In this document: positions 26,520-38,234 of the stretch, one piece after another
Position numbering within the stretch: position 1 is the stretch's first letter
Layout: each line of letters begins with the position of its first letter
NCBI RefSeq assembly: GCF_001194135.2
Contig: NC_068982.1
Coordinates: 61,436,867-61,500,866 of the forward strand
Reading direction: 5' to 3'
Source: Octopus bimaculoides
Taxonomy: Eukaryota
DNA: 64,000 bases
Translations under genes and position numbers: made by a program
The notes under the pieces: model-generated
What the model saw: only the letters and a program-made list of their open reading frames with translations
What the model was told of the DNA's origin: nothing
Databases searched by the model: none

Positions 26520-26663
26520 CATGTGTCTATGCAGGTTTTTAAAAACACACCTTGGGTCTCCAAGCTATCTTCAGGCTCTGAGCACCATGAGCACAGTACA
26601 CTCAGAGCCCACAGATTGCTTGGAGTTACAAGGATTGTTTTTAAAAACCTGCCCAGACACATG
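26520..26663. repeat. 144-bp foldback: two 63-nt imperfect inverted arms and an 18-nt loop (MITE-like or RNA hairpin)
   Basis: catgtgtctatgcaggtttttaaaaac...ggctctgag (26520-26582) pairs with ctcagagccc...gtttttaaaaacctgcccagacacatg (26601-26663). Confidence 0.9.
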
Positions 26664-27016
26664 CTTTCACAGCAAGAAAATATTGGCAGCTCATATCTTT
26701 ATAGCATGTACGATAAATGATATTTATCTCTCACTGGATGGAGTACATTTTTTGTTGATCATCTTCTAATCAGATAAACTAAATTCATATATAAATATAG
26801 ATACATAAATNNNNNNNNNNTATATATATATATATATATATATACATACACCACACATATATATACATACATACACACACACACATATATCCTTATCATC
26901 ATTTGTGATGATGATGATATATATGTATATATACATATATATATCCATACATATATGTATACATATACATGTATCTATACATATACATATATCTATACAT
27001 ATACATATATCTATAC

Positions 27017-27069
<53 letters not shown>

Positions 27070-27298
27070 NNNNNNNNNNATATACACACACATATATATA
27101 CATACACATATATATACATATACATACATATATATATATACACATACATATATACATAGACATATACACAAATATATATGTACACATTTATTCACATATA
27201 TAAATATACACATATATACAAATATATAAATATACATAAATATACAAATATATGTCTATATATATACACATATATTTAAATAAATAAATATACACATA

Positions 27299-27480
27299 GG
27301 TGCAGGAGTGGCTGTGTGGTATGTAGCTTGCTTACCAACCACATGGTCCCGGGTTCAGTCCCACTGCATGGCAACTTGGGCAGGTGTTTTCTACTATAGC
27401 CTTGGGCCAACCAAAGCCTTGTGAGTGGATTTGGTACAGAAACTGAAAGAAACCTGTTGTGTGTGTATATATATATATAT
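27299..27480 (+). mobile_element. SINE family A 5' half running into a gap at its internal microsatellite
   Basis: ggtgcaggagtggctgtgtggt head with A- and B-box-like motifs, CORE-like domain, then (TA)n and N run. Confidence 0.9.
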
Positions 27481-27968
27481 NNNNNNNNNNNNNNNNNNNN
27501 NNNNNNNNNNNNNNNNNNNNNNNNNNNNNNNNNNNNNNNNNNNNNNNNNNNNNNNNNNNNNNNNNNNNNNNNNNNNNNNNNNNNNNNNNNNNNNNNNNNN
27601 NNNNNNNNNNNNNNNNNNNNNNNNNNNNNNNNNNNNNNNNNNNNNNNNNNNNNNNNNNNNNNNNNNNNNNNNNNNNNNNNNNNNNNNNNNNNNNNNNNNN
27701 NNNNNNNNNNNNNNNNNNNNNNNNNNNNNNNNNNNNNNNNNNNNNNNNNNNNNNNNNNNNNNNNNNNNNNNNNNNNNNNNNNNNNNNNNNNNNNNNNNNN
27801 NNNNNNNNNNNNNGTCTTTTATGTGCCACCCGCACAAGAGCCAGTCCAGGGGCACTAGCAACGATCTTGCTCGAAAACCCTACAAGGCCAGTCAGGTGGT
27901 ACTGGCAACGGTCACGCTCAGGATGGTACATCTTATGTGCCACCCACACAAGAGCCAGTCCAGGGGCA

Positions 27969-27999
<31 letters not shown>

Positions 28000-28769
28000 G
28001 ACAACTTATGTATAATACATATATACATACATACATGTATAATACATATACACATACATACATGTACGTATGTATGTATGTATGTATGTATACATATATA
28101 TATATATATACACACACTCACATTTATATATTCAGTGAGTTTTTCAGGGTTAAGTCTCTTTCAATTTCTAGTCAAGTCTGAAACAGAATTAACTGTGTAA
28201 AACGCACATAACAATAATACTTATACTACTACTAATAATAAAATAATGGCAGTGTGCTTATGTGTGTATGTGTGTACACACACACATGCACATACATACA
28301 TACATACATACATACATACATAGGTTTGTATACATACAAAAGCCATACAAGATGAAAATCAAAGAGACAACTAAACAGATTGACAAGAATATTACTGCCA
28401 AAATACACACACACACAGAAGTACACACACATACACACATGAAGTCAAGTATACACTTCCAAAGGTAGAGAAAAATTAATGAGAGAACTTTACTGACAAC
28501 TATAGGAGTCCAGTATCTAGATACTGGGAGCTGAAAATATTTAATTATGCCAGATGATAATAGGAAGAATAGAAAGGTAATAAAAAGAGTTAAATAGCAA
28601 AAAGAACAGTAGAGAGGAGATAGGGTCGCTGCAGGAATTAGCAAGTTGTGAAGTAGCGGTATCAATGAGGTTTATATGCAACACCAGGTATTAGGACAGT
28701 CTTCGAGAGTGAATTAATATTACTAATCACAGGCATGAGAACATGGCCATTATAGCTTAGTAAACTTAC

Positions 28770-28781
28770 TTCTGCCACCTC
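28770..28781 (-). CDS. Candidate 12-nt microexon GAGGTGGCAGAA (EVAE in phase 0)
   Basis: On the - strand: ttttttttttcctcttccttccatgactttgccgtag|GAGGTGGCAGAA|gtaagt. Long polypyrimidine tract, UGC just upstream of the AG, consensus donor, length divisible by 3, no stop inside the exon in any frame. Confidence 0.5.
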
Positions 28782-29326
28782 CTACGGCAAAGTCATGGAA
28801 GGAAGAGGAAAAAAAAAAATGGGAGGTGATTAATAGGAAGAGTTTTGGGGGGACCATTTAGTAAAAGAGGTTCCTATGCATCTATGAAGTGAAACCTCAT
28901 GGCAGTGTAACTATCATGGCTCAGGTAATTACAAGAGAGAGAGAGAGAAATGGAATCTGAAATAGAGGCTGTTAACTTAACTTGCAATGTTTGTTGTTGT
29001 TGTTAGTCTAAGAAACGTTGAAACACTTCTCTTTCTTACTCTCTCCATTCTTTCCACTAAATGCTTAAAGGGGGCTGTTTTGATCCTTAACAAGACAGGG
29101 GAAGAAGTTCAGTTGGCTATGTGATCTTGCAGTACAATCAATCCTACACCTGCTATTGAAGATGGTTTTTGTTGTTGTTTTTTTTCTTTGACTTACACAA
29201 AAAACTTTTATCGTGCTACTGCCAATTAGTATAGATACTTTACACCAGTAAGTTATGGCTATTGTGTACAAGAGTAAGGGAATATTGACTGCACCAACAT
29301 GAATTGAAACTTACATCATTTTTTTA

Positions 29327-29377
29327 GTAGAAGTAGTAGTAGTGGAGGTGGTGGTTGTGGTGGTGGTGGTGGTGGTG

Positions 29378-29444
<67 letters not shown>

Positions 29445-29468
29445 CAGCAGCAGCAGCAGCAGCAGCAG
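29327..29468. repeat. Compound trinucleotide microsatellite (GTA)-(GTG)n-(GTA)n-(GCA)n
   Basis: Seen directly. Confidence 0.95.
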
Positions 29469-30303
29469 CGTTTTGTGTAAAAGTTAATAGAGTGGACGAC
29501 AATAAAAAGTGCCTGGGAAGATAGTGAAAAGAGAAAAAATATCAGTCTTTTCATCTTCATTTCTTATTAAAAAAAAACTTCTATTCCTAAATAAGACTGC
29601 AGCAGATATTGTCGACAACAAAGCTGAAAACAACTATAATGACACACGCAGCCACCCCCAGACACACACACACACACATGCACATCCACACACACAGACA
29701 CAGCTACACTCACAAACTACAGCTATTACCACAGAGAAAGCATTTGGTGGCCTGTAAAGTTTGATCTGTTTACATGGAAACTGCAGGATTTGAAACAACT
29801 TTGTGATTGATAATTGGATACTCCAGCAAACTGCCAAACTCCAGGTAGCACCACAACTCATATGTAATTATTGTTTTTCATTCTTGAATTAACTTAAGCC
29901 TACTCCAACTATGATGCCGTTTAGCTTGAAGGAAACTTTACTTATTTTTCTTTGAATAATAGTATTTGTTGTTGCTAAAAGAAAGAAATAACATAAAGAA
30001 ATTTATTTTAACAAAATAAGGCATCCCAGCAAGAGAAACAACATAAACTGTATGTAAAAATATGAGCTTCTTTATTCATTTTTTGAAAAGGTATATCATT
30101 TCAGTTTGGAAGAAACCATGAGGAAAAGCCAGAGATGAAGCAGTAGATAACTAATTGCTCATCTACAATCACTTCTAGATAAACCCTGTAAAAGAAGGGC
30201 TATCAGCTACTGAAAAGTATCCACTGGCCATCATTTACAAAGTACTTGGGTGATAAAATCAAAACAGTATAACATGCCCAGATGATTTATGTCTTCATCT
30301 CAC

Positions 30304-30447
30304 CTGTAACATGATAGTGTCCCAGCACAGCCAAGCTCCACTACCTGTAGCCCATAAAAATAATCAAAAGAATAGTCAACTTCCGATTACAATATAGATA
30401 TTTAAAATGTTAACTGGTGACGAAGCCCAAAGACAGCTGAGTTGATG
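30304..30447 (-). other. Candidate exon of the - strand gene (144 nt, or 41 nt if the inner acceptor at 30345 is used)
   Basis: Strong outer acceptor tttctttcttttttgcag| and donor CAG|gtgaga. The 144-nt form has stops in all frames but ends ATG TTA CAG, so it could be UTR plus start codon. The 41-nt form is open in two frames. Confidence 0.35.
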
Positions 30448-30514
30448 CTGCAAAAAAGAAAGAAACCCAAAGAATTTGATATTTACTGACAATTGCTACA
30501 GCTCAAATCTTAGC

Positions 30515-30724
30515 TTAACCCTTTAGCATTCAGATCATTTTGTCAGATGTAATGCTTATTTATTCATATTGTTTCGAATTAATCCTGCATTGTCTTTGAT
30601 AGGATTGTTTATTTTCAGAATAGCATTGTAGGGTAGGTATGAGAGGCCAGATCTAGCCAGTTTGAACATAAAACAAGTGGAGTATTAAGGTTGGATGTGG
30701 CTGGTTTAAATGCTAAAGGGTTAA
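30515..30724. mobile_element. TTAA-MITE family D, intact termini
   Basis: TTAA|ccctttagcatt...aatgctaaaggg|TTAA. Confidence 0.95.
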
Positions 30725-31069
30725 AGACTAAAATTTATGATAAATAGAAACTACAAAAAGTAGAAAAGCGAAGAATTTTTTTTTTTTAATTTTGTTTTGC
30801 TTTTCTGTTTTTAATATATACATTAGTTAGAAGAATGGGTCATGCTCAAGAACTTTACAAGCCAGCTCAAACTGATGAAGTCGATGCAGTCCATCTATAT
30901 GTGGACAGATATAGAAACCAAAAGTCTGAAAAGTTTTGTGTGTTAAAAACTCAGATTACAGACCAAGAAAGTGATTGCTCAATCAGAAATAAATAAATCT
31001 CTCTCACAACAAGAAATAGGAGGTAAATCCCTCTCTCAATAGGAAATAGTAGGCATATATATTATATGT

Positions 31070-31565
31070 ATATGCATGACAGATCCAGGAATGGATGTAG
31101 GCCTCTCTCTCTGGCTGGGTAACCATGTACCTCCTCTACAGCAAGACACCTGTTTCTGTCTTTGTCTCACTATAACCTTTCATCATCTGACACAAGATCA
31201 CCTCCTCCAATGCCCTCTCCTCTCTCAAAGAATCTTTGTCTTGCAAGTTACTTGGTGAGCTTGCCAGTGTTGGTGCCATGTAAAAAGCATCTAGTCCACA
31301 CTGTAAAGTTTGGGCTGGCTTGTAAAGGTCTTGAGCACGGCCCATCCTTCTAACTATGTATATATTAAAAACTGACCTCACCCGTGCTCATACCACATAA
31401 AAAGCACTCAATCCACTCTGCTGGTTTAATGGTGCTAGAGAGGACATCCAGTCATAAAAACCATGCCAAAACAGAAGTCTGGTGCAGTCTTCTGCCTGGT
31501 TGGCTCCTGTCAAACACTCCAACCCATGCCAGCATGGAAGGAGGATGTTAAACAATGATGATGTA
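31070..31565 (+). mobile_element. RTE-tailed SINE-like repeat with (GAT)n end, carrying an inverted duplication at 31307-31372
   Basis: Body (gcaagacacctgtttctgtc...) shared with 57060-57345; family C tail. Confidence 0.75.
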
Positions 31566-31861
31566 CTAACAATATGAAATACACAGAAATTGGGAATAAG
31601 AGTAATCAACCTTTATCATTCTGTTCCACTTGAGACCATCTATCATTCTATTATACACATAACAGCCTGTTTTAAACAGAGCTGTGGAATCAGAATCGGT
31701 CAGAAAAAAATGTAGTGACTCAGATTGAATGTAAAACTGTAATATCATAAGTTAAAATTTCCAATTTCACTGATATTTTGATCATTTTCTGCACTGAAAA
31801 TAATCAAATCAGATTTAAATTCTTCTATGAAGTAGGATCTGGTAGAGGCAATATTGTCTAT

Positions 31862-32078
31862 AAGGTGGCAAGCTAGCAGAATCATTAGCATGCTGGGCAA
31901 AATGCTTAGCGGTATTTCATCTGTCTTTACATTCTGAGTTCAAATTCCGCCGAGGTTGACTTTGCCTTTCTTCCTTTCGGGGTCAATAAATTAAGTACCA
32001 GTTGTGTACTGGGGTTGATCTAATCGACTGCCCTCCACCAAAAAATTTCAGGTCTTGTATCAAGAGTAGAAAAGAATA
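31862..32078 (+). mobile_element. SINE family B (tRNA-derived)
   Basis: aaggtggcaagctagcagaatcattagc...ttctgagttcaaattccgccgagg (B-box-like)...taagtaccagtt. Confidence 0.9.
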
Positions 32079-32354
32079 TTGTTTCTATAAACATGCTAGT
32101 AAATTTGGATCCTTGATTTAACCCCTATTCTACAGAGGTAGTGTTTCTTTAATAAATTTTGTAAAGTAATAAACTTTTCAATCCTTTATAATTATTCTTT
32201 TATTGAAAGTAGTTTCTTGTCATTAAAAAAATGCATTTAAACAGGCCACCCCCAGCCAAAATATGCCGTCTGTTTTATGTTCAAACCAGCCAGATCCAGC
32301 CTCTCACACCTACTCTTCAATGTCATTCCAAAAATATACAATCACATCAGGGTT

Positions 32355-32750
32355 CTTTCTTTTATTCTTTTATTTGTTTCAGTCATTTGACTGTGGCCAT
32401 GTAGGAGCACTGCCTTGAAAGTTTTAGTCAAAGAAATTAACTCCACGACTTATTTTTTAAGCCTATTACTTATTCTATTGGTCTCTTTTTTGCCAAACCA
32501 TTGAGTTACAGGGACATAAACACACCAACACCAGCTGTCAAGGGATAATGGAGACACACGCACGCACACACACACACACACACATATGTACAATGGGATT
32601 CTTTCAGTTTCTTTCTATCAAATCCATTCACATGACTTTGGTTGGCCCAAGGCAATAGTAGAAAATACTTGCCCAAGGTGCTATACAGTGGGAGTGAACC
32701 CAGAACCATTTGGTTGGAAAGCAAGCTTCTCATCACACTGCCACGCCTGT
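32355..32750 (-). mobile_element. SINE family A copy inserted into a partial family D MITE (~32230-32350)
   Basis: Tail-to-head match to the family. Confidence 0.85.
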
Positions 32751-32993
32751 ATCTAATTGTCTTTATTACTTTTAAAATAGTCATTTATTAAGTTACTATA
32801 CATGATCATTCTTTTAATTTTAACTTTAATGGATTTTTGATTTTTGAAATGGTACAGAAAAATATTCTTGATTTTATAGTTTGTTTCTTTTAAATCTCTC
32901 TGATGAAAGCAGCATTACACTTAACTATTTGTAACTTCTGTAATCAATAATATATAAAAAAAAAAAAGGCCACAACAGAATATTTGTAGCTTT

Positions 32994-33226
32994 AAGGCAG
33001 CGAGCTGGCAGAATCGTTAGCACGCCAGGCGAAATGCTTAGCAGTATTTTGTCTGCTGTTATGTTCTGAGTTCAAATTCCGCTGAGGTCGACTTAGCCTT
33101 TCATCCTTTCGGGGTCGATTAAATAAGTACCAGTTACATACTGAGGACGATGTAATCGACTTAATCCCTTTGTCTGTCCTTGTTTGTCCCCTCTATGTTT
33201 AGCCCCTTGTGGGCAATAAAGAAATA
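32994..33226 (+). mobile_element. SINE family B, full length with a perfect 17-bp TSD
   Basis: agaatatttgtagcttt at 32977-32993 and at 33227-33243. Confidence 0.95.
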
Positions 33227-33243
33227 AGAATATTTGTAGCTTT

Positions 33244-33398
33244 TAACCCTTTCACAGCAAAATTAAATTTCATGGTTATTCCAGTACTGATGTCCTCAGT
33301 CAAAAAAAAAAAAAAATTAGTGTATAAAACTGCTTTCTTCAGTTAAGGGTAATGAAATTTTGAGTAGATATATCTGCTTACTACAGTAAAAGGGTTAA
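33244..33398. mobile_element. Short TTAA-MITE
   Basis: TTAA|ccctttcacagcaaa...actacagtaaaaggg|TTAA. Confidence 0.6.
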
Positions 33399-33790
33399 AC
33401 CTAAACTTTAACAGGTTAGAGTGCTAAAAAGAAGTCTGACGATTCACACTGTCTATTGCATGTTTCAATCAATATAATGATATACGATTAGATATAGAAG
33501 AGTCGGAGTCGTTATACCATAAATGCCAGAGTCAGAGTTGATGGTTTGGTGTATCAACTCCACGGCTCAGATTTTAAAGTGTTCATACTTAAATTGAAAA
33601 TGTCCATCATAATTTTAATGCAAGAACCTTTTTACTGAGTTGTTCCAAACACCAATAATGTAAAAGTTATTTTACTAAGTCTCAAAATATTTCATTATCT
33701 TCTGGAAACATAGACAGTGCATTTCATTAGAGAAATGAGAATGAATGGGTTAACAATGTAAGCATCAAAAAGTGTCCCTTCCAATAAATT

Positions 33791-33867
<77 letters not shown>

Positions 33868-34292
33868 AACATAAATGTTGTTCACACAGACTTAAAAGTT
33901 CAGATTTATGGGTGAGTAGAATCAAAGTTGGTTCAACAACTATCTTGGATTTGTATCACTGTTGGCACCAGTTTCCTTACAAAGTCTTTAAAGTCTTTAA
34001 AGCCATGTCACACTATAAATCATAGAAATTCAATCACATTTTGTGGTAAATTCATATGAAGCAGGCATTTTAACTTTTCAGATCATTTATAGTTATTCAT
34101 CATTGCAATCTACATGTCTGAATTATATACGTGTGTGCTTGTTTATGTGTGTGTGTGCATTATTATTTAAACATGCAGATGGTATTGATAAATAACTATA
34201 AATGATCAGAATAGCTACAAAGATTGTAGAACATATACACACACACACACACACACACATATATACGTTAGAGATAAAACATCATTTATATA

Positions 34293-34425
34293 GGCGCAGG
34301 CATAGCTGTTTGGTAAGAAGCTTGCTTCCCAACCACATGGTTCAAGGTTTCAGTCTCACTGCAGGGCATCTTGGGCAAGTGTCTCCTACTGTTGCCTCAA
34401 GCCATCCAAACTGAAAGAATCCTGT

Positions 34426-34461
<36 letters not shown>

Positions 34462-34526
34462 CATGTGCGCGCGTACGTGCATGTGTATTTGTGTCTGCTT
34501 GACAACCAATGCTGGTGTATTTATGT
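34293..34526 (+). mobile_element. SINE family A copy (internally deleted) running into a gap
   Basis: ggcgcagg head, CORE-like domain, (TG)n, gcttgacaaccaatgctggtgt. Confidence 0.85.
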
Positions 34527-35415
34527 NNNNNNNNNNNNNNNNNNNNNNNNNNNNNNNNNNNNNNNNNNNNNNNNNNNNNNNNNNNNNNNNNNNNNNNNNN
34601 NNNNNNNNNNNNNNNNNNNNNNNNNNNNNNNNNNNNNNNNNNNNNNNNNNNNNNNNNNNNNNNNNNNNNNNNNNNNNNNNNNNNNNNNNNNNNNNNNNNN
34701 NNNNNNNNNNNNNNNNNNNNNNNNNNNNNNNNNNNNNNNNNNNNNNNNNNNNNNNNNNNNNNNNNNNNNNNNNNNNNNNNNNNNNNNNNNNNNNNNNNNN
34801 NNNNNNNNNNNNNNNNNNNNNNNNNNNNNNNNNNNNNNNNNNNNNNNNNNNNNNNNNNNNNNNNNNNNNNNNNNNNNNNNNNNNNNNNNNNNNNNNNNNN
34901 NNNNNNNNNNNNNNNNNNNNNNNNNNNNNNNNNNNNNNNNNNNNNNNNNNNNNNNNNNNNNNNNNNNNNNNNNNNNNNNNNNNNNNNNNNNNNNNNNNNN
35001 NNNNNNNNNNNNNNNNNNNNNNNNNNNNNNNNNNNNNNNNNNNNNNNNNNNNNNNNNNNNNNNNNNNNNNNNNNNNNNNNNNNNNNNNNNNNNNNNNNNN
35101 NNNNNNNNNNNNNNNNNNNNNNNNNNNNNNNNNNNNNNNNNNNNNNNNNNNNNNNNNNNNNNNNNNNNNNNNNNNNNNNNNNNNNNNNNNNNNNNNNNNN
35201 NNNNNNNNNNNNNNNNNNNNNNNNNNNNNNNNNNNNNNNNNNNNNNNNNNNNNNNNNNNNNNNNNNNNNNNNNNNNNNNNNNNNNNNNNNNNNNNNNNNN
35301 NNNTGTGTGCATTATTATTTAAACATGCAGATGGTATTGATAAATAACTATAAATGATCAGAATAGCTACAAAGATTGTAGAACATATACACACACACAC
35401 ACACACACATCAATA

Positions 35416-36150
35416 GAGAGCTGGTAGAATCATTAGTAAGCCAGACAAAATGCTTAGCAGTATTTCATCTGTCTTTATGTTCCAGGTTCAAATTCTACCA
35501 AGGTAGATTTTGCCTTTCATCCTTTCAACATCAATGAAATAAGTAGCAGTTGAGCAATAGGGTCAATGTTATTGACTTACCCACTTCCCCAAATTTTCAG
35601 GCCTGGTATTAATACTTAAAGTAAAAAGGATGATTATTATCATCATCATCACCATCACAAACATGGCTTGGTTGTGTCTGACAGCTCAATGACTTTGCTA
35701 ATCCACTAATAATAATAATATTTTCTGATTGAGGCACAAGGCCAGCAATTTTAGGGAAACAAGAGATAGTTAATACCTTCAAACCTAGAACTTGATTGCT
35801 ATTTTATTTTACCATCCCTGAAAGGATAAAAAGCAAAATTGATCTTGGTGGAATTTGAACTCAGAATGTAAAGACCTATAATGTACAGTATTAGGACTGA
35901 CACTCCAACCACTCTTGCCAAACAACTACCCTGATAATAATCCTTCCTATTATATGCACAAAGTCTGAAATTCAGGGTGAGGAGGGTTAGTCGATTACAT
36001 CGACCCCAGTGTTCAACTGGTATTTATTTTATCAACCTCCAAAAGGATGAAAGGCAAAGTCAACCTCCATAGAATCTGAACTCAGAACATAAAGACACAA
36101 AAATGCTGCTAAGCATTTTGTCCAGCATGCTAATGGTTCTGCCAGCTCAC
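35416..36150. mobile_element. Cluster of SINE family B copies: one + (35416-35640) and two - (35720-36150)
   Basis: gagctggtagaatcattag...aggttcaaattc on +; gaatttgaactcagaa and gccagctcacc on the - copies. Confidence 0.8.
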
Positions 36151-37008
36151 CATGATGGTGAAGATGATGATGATGATGATGTTGGTGACAACGACCTTCT
36201 AACATAGGCACAATGTCACAAATACGGGTGCAGGAATATATAACAAAACATTTTTTTCTAACAATAAACTGATTTTGTAATGTATTAGTTCTAACACAGA
36301 AAGGTGGCACCAGACTTTAGAATAGAGGCACAGTAAATTTATATCAATCCAAGCCCTTCACTAATACTTATTCTATCAACCACAAAGGTACAAATGATGC
36401 AGTAGATTTTAACATGATTTGAACTCGTAATCTAAATACTGCAAAACACAGAGTCTGAAAATCCACAGATTTTATTAATTATACCTATAATCATCTACAA
36501 CAATAACAAAAATAATAGGGATCTTAGAACTCCACCTTAGCACAGCCTGTTTAGTAGTAAACATTTTGGAAGGGCACATATCCTAATCTAAGATTGACTT
36601 TTCTATTTCTTTCAGAGTCTCTTGGAGCTGGTCTTTTAATTAGGTTCAGAGATACAGATCATGTGAGGAACTGTTTTTTCTTTTAGAATTTTGTAGAATA
36701 TTTCATCCTTCGGCTGTTGTCTAAGTAATAGTTCAGCTTTCCAACACAATATCTAGGCAAGAAATTTTTCACAATGACTTTCCTAATTAGAACAAGTTTT
36801 CTTGCTAGACAAAAGTTACTTCTTGTTAATTAACTCATTGGTGCTCACTCACTCTGTGTATGAACATGCAAGTGCACACATATACGTATGTGCACATGTG
36901 TATGTATGTGTGTGTGTATATATATGTATATATATATGCATATGTAGATGTGTGCACAAACATAAACATATGTACATACATACATATATTATATACATAC
37001 ACACACAC

Positions 37009-37048
<40 letters not shown>

Positions 37049-37069
37049 TATAAACAAATATATAAATAG

Positions 37070-37134
<65 letters not shown>

Positions 37135-37784
37135 TATATAACACATATACAATTTAATTTCGAAACAACTTTACCAAAATATAAGTTAGAAAGAAACTTC
37201 AATGCAGCTACAACAAATTAGTTTCAGCGGTTACATATTGCTGTTCCTTTTGTTACTATTCCATTTCTTGATTATTTTCCTGCTTTCCCTCCTTCTGAAA
37301 CTTAGTCTTGTTACTTACTAAAACTTATACTCTGGCTCCTGATTACCCAATTATTTGTGCTGTGCATGTATATATATATATAAGTATATGTGTACACACA
37401 CACACACACACATATCTAGATACGCACATACAAACATATATGTATACACAAACATTAAGACACACATATATATATCTAATATTTATATACATAATATATA
37501 TATATATATATATATANNNNNNNNNNNNNNNNNNNNNNNNNNNNNNNNNNNNNNNNNNNNNNNNNNNNNNNNNNNNNNNNNNNNNNNNNNNNNNNNNNNN
37601 NNNNNNNNNNNNNNNNNNNNNNNNNNNNNNNNNNNNNNNNNNNNNNNNNNNNNNNNNTATATAACATATATACATATATATATAGACAGATATATATATA
37701 TAGTATATACAGCAAAAAGAAAATGTAGGGAATCAAGAGGTGGTATTCATCAACTTTTAGACATTATATTATGTCTATTTATTT

Positions 37785-38125
37785 CATCATCATCATCATT
37801 TAACGTCCGCTTTCCATGCTAGCATGGGTTGGACGATTTGACTGAGGACTGGTGGACCAGGAGGCGACACCAGGCTCCAATCTGATCTGGCAGAGTTTCT
37901 ACAGCTGGATGCCCTTCCTAACGCCAACCACTCCAAGAGTGTAGTGGGTGCTTTTTACGTGCCACCGGTACGAGAGCCAGTCTGGTGGTACTCGCAACAG
38001 CCACACTCAAATGGTGTTTTTTATGTGCCACCTACACAGGAGTCAGCCAATGTTTGTTCACATGCCACCGTTACAAGTGCCAGTAAGGCGAAGCTGGAAA
38101 TGATCGCACTCAAATGGTGCTTTTT
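37785..38125 (-). mobile_element. RTE-derived 3' end (family C), apparently young
   Basis: catcatcatttaacgtccgctttccatgctagcatgggttggacg..., close to the reverse complement of 10050-10207. Confidence 0.9.
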
Positions 38126-38234
38126 ACGTAAAAAAACAATTATAATAATATACATACATGTATAACAGATTATGCTTTACATATATAAAAATACTAGTAA
38201 TTATTAAAATATATAACATATAACATAGAAAGTA

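Noticed and set aside
27299-27375. tRNA genes at SINE A and SINE B heads
   Set aside because: A- and B-box-like motifs are present, but I could not see a cloverleaf and each continues into a SINE body.
29311-29560. Poly-Val, poly-Thr/Ala and poly-Tyr/His ORFs
   Set aside because: They are translations of the compound trinucleotide repeat.
33500-33570. gagtcggagtc...caactccacggctc as a DNA transposon terminus
   Set aside because: It resembles a known TIR style, but no partner end or TSD was found; too short to call.
36600-36780. Exon-like segments on both strands (ILCWKAELLLRQQPKDEIF... on -, SLGAGLLIRFRDTDH on +)
   Set aside because: The - segment has no usable donor before its stop. The + segment has good splice motifs but no supporting + strand gene context.
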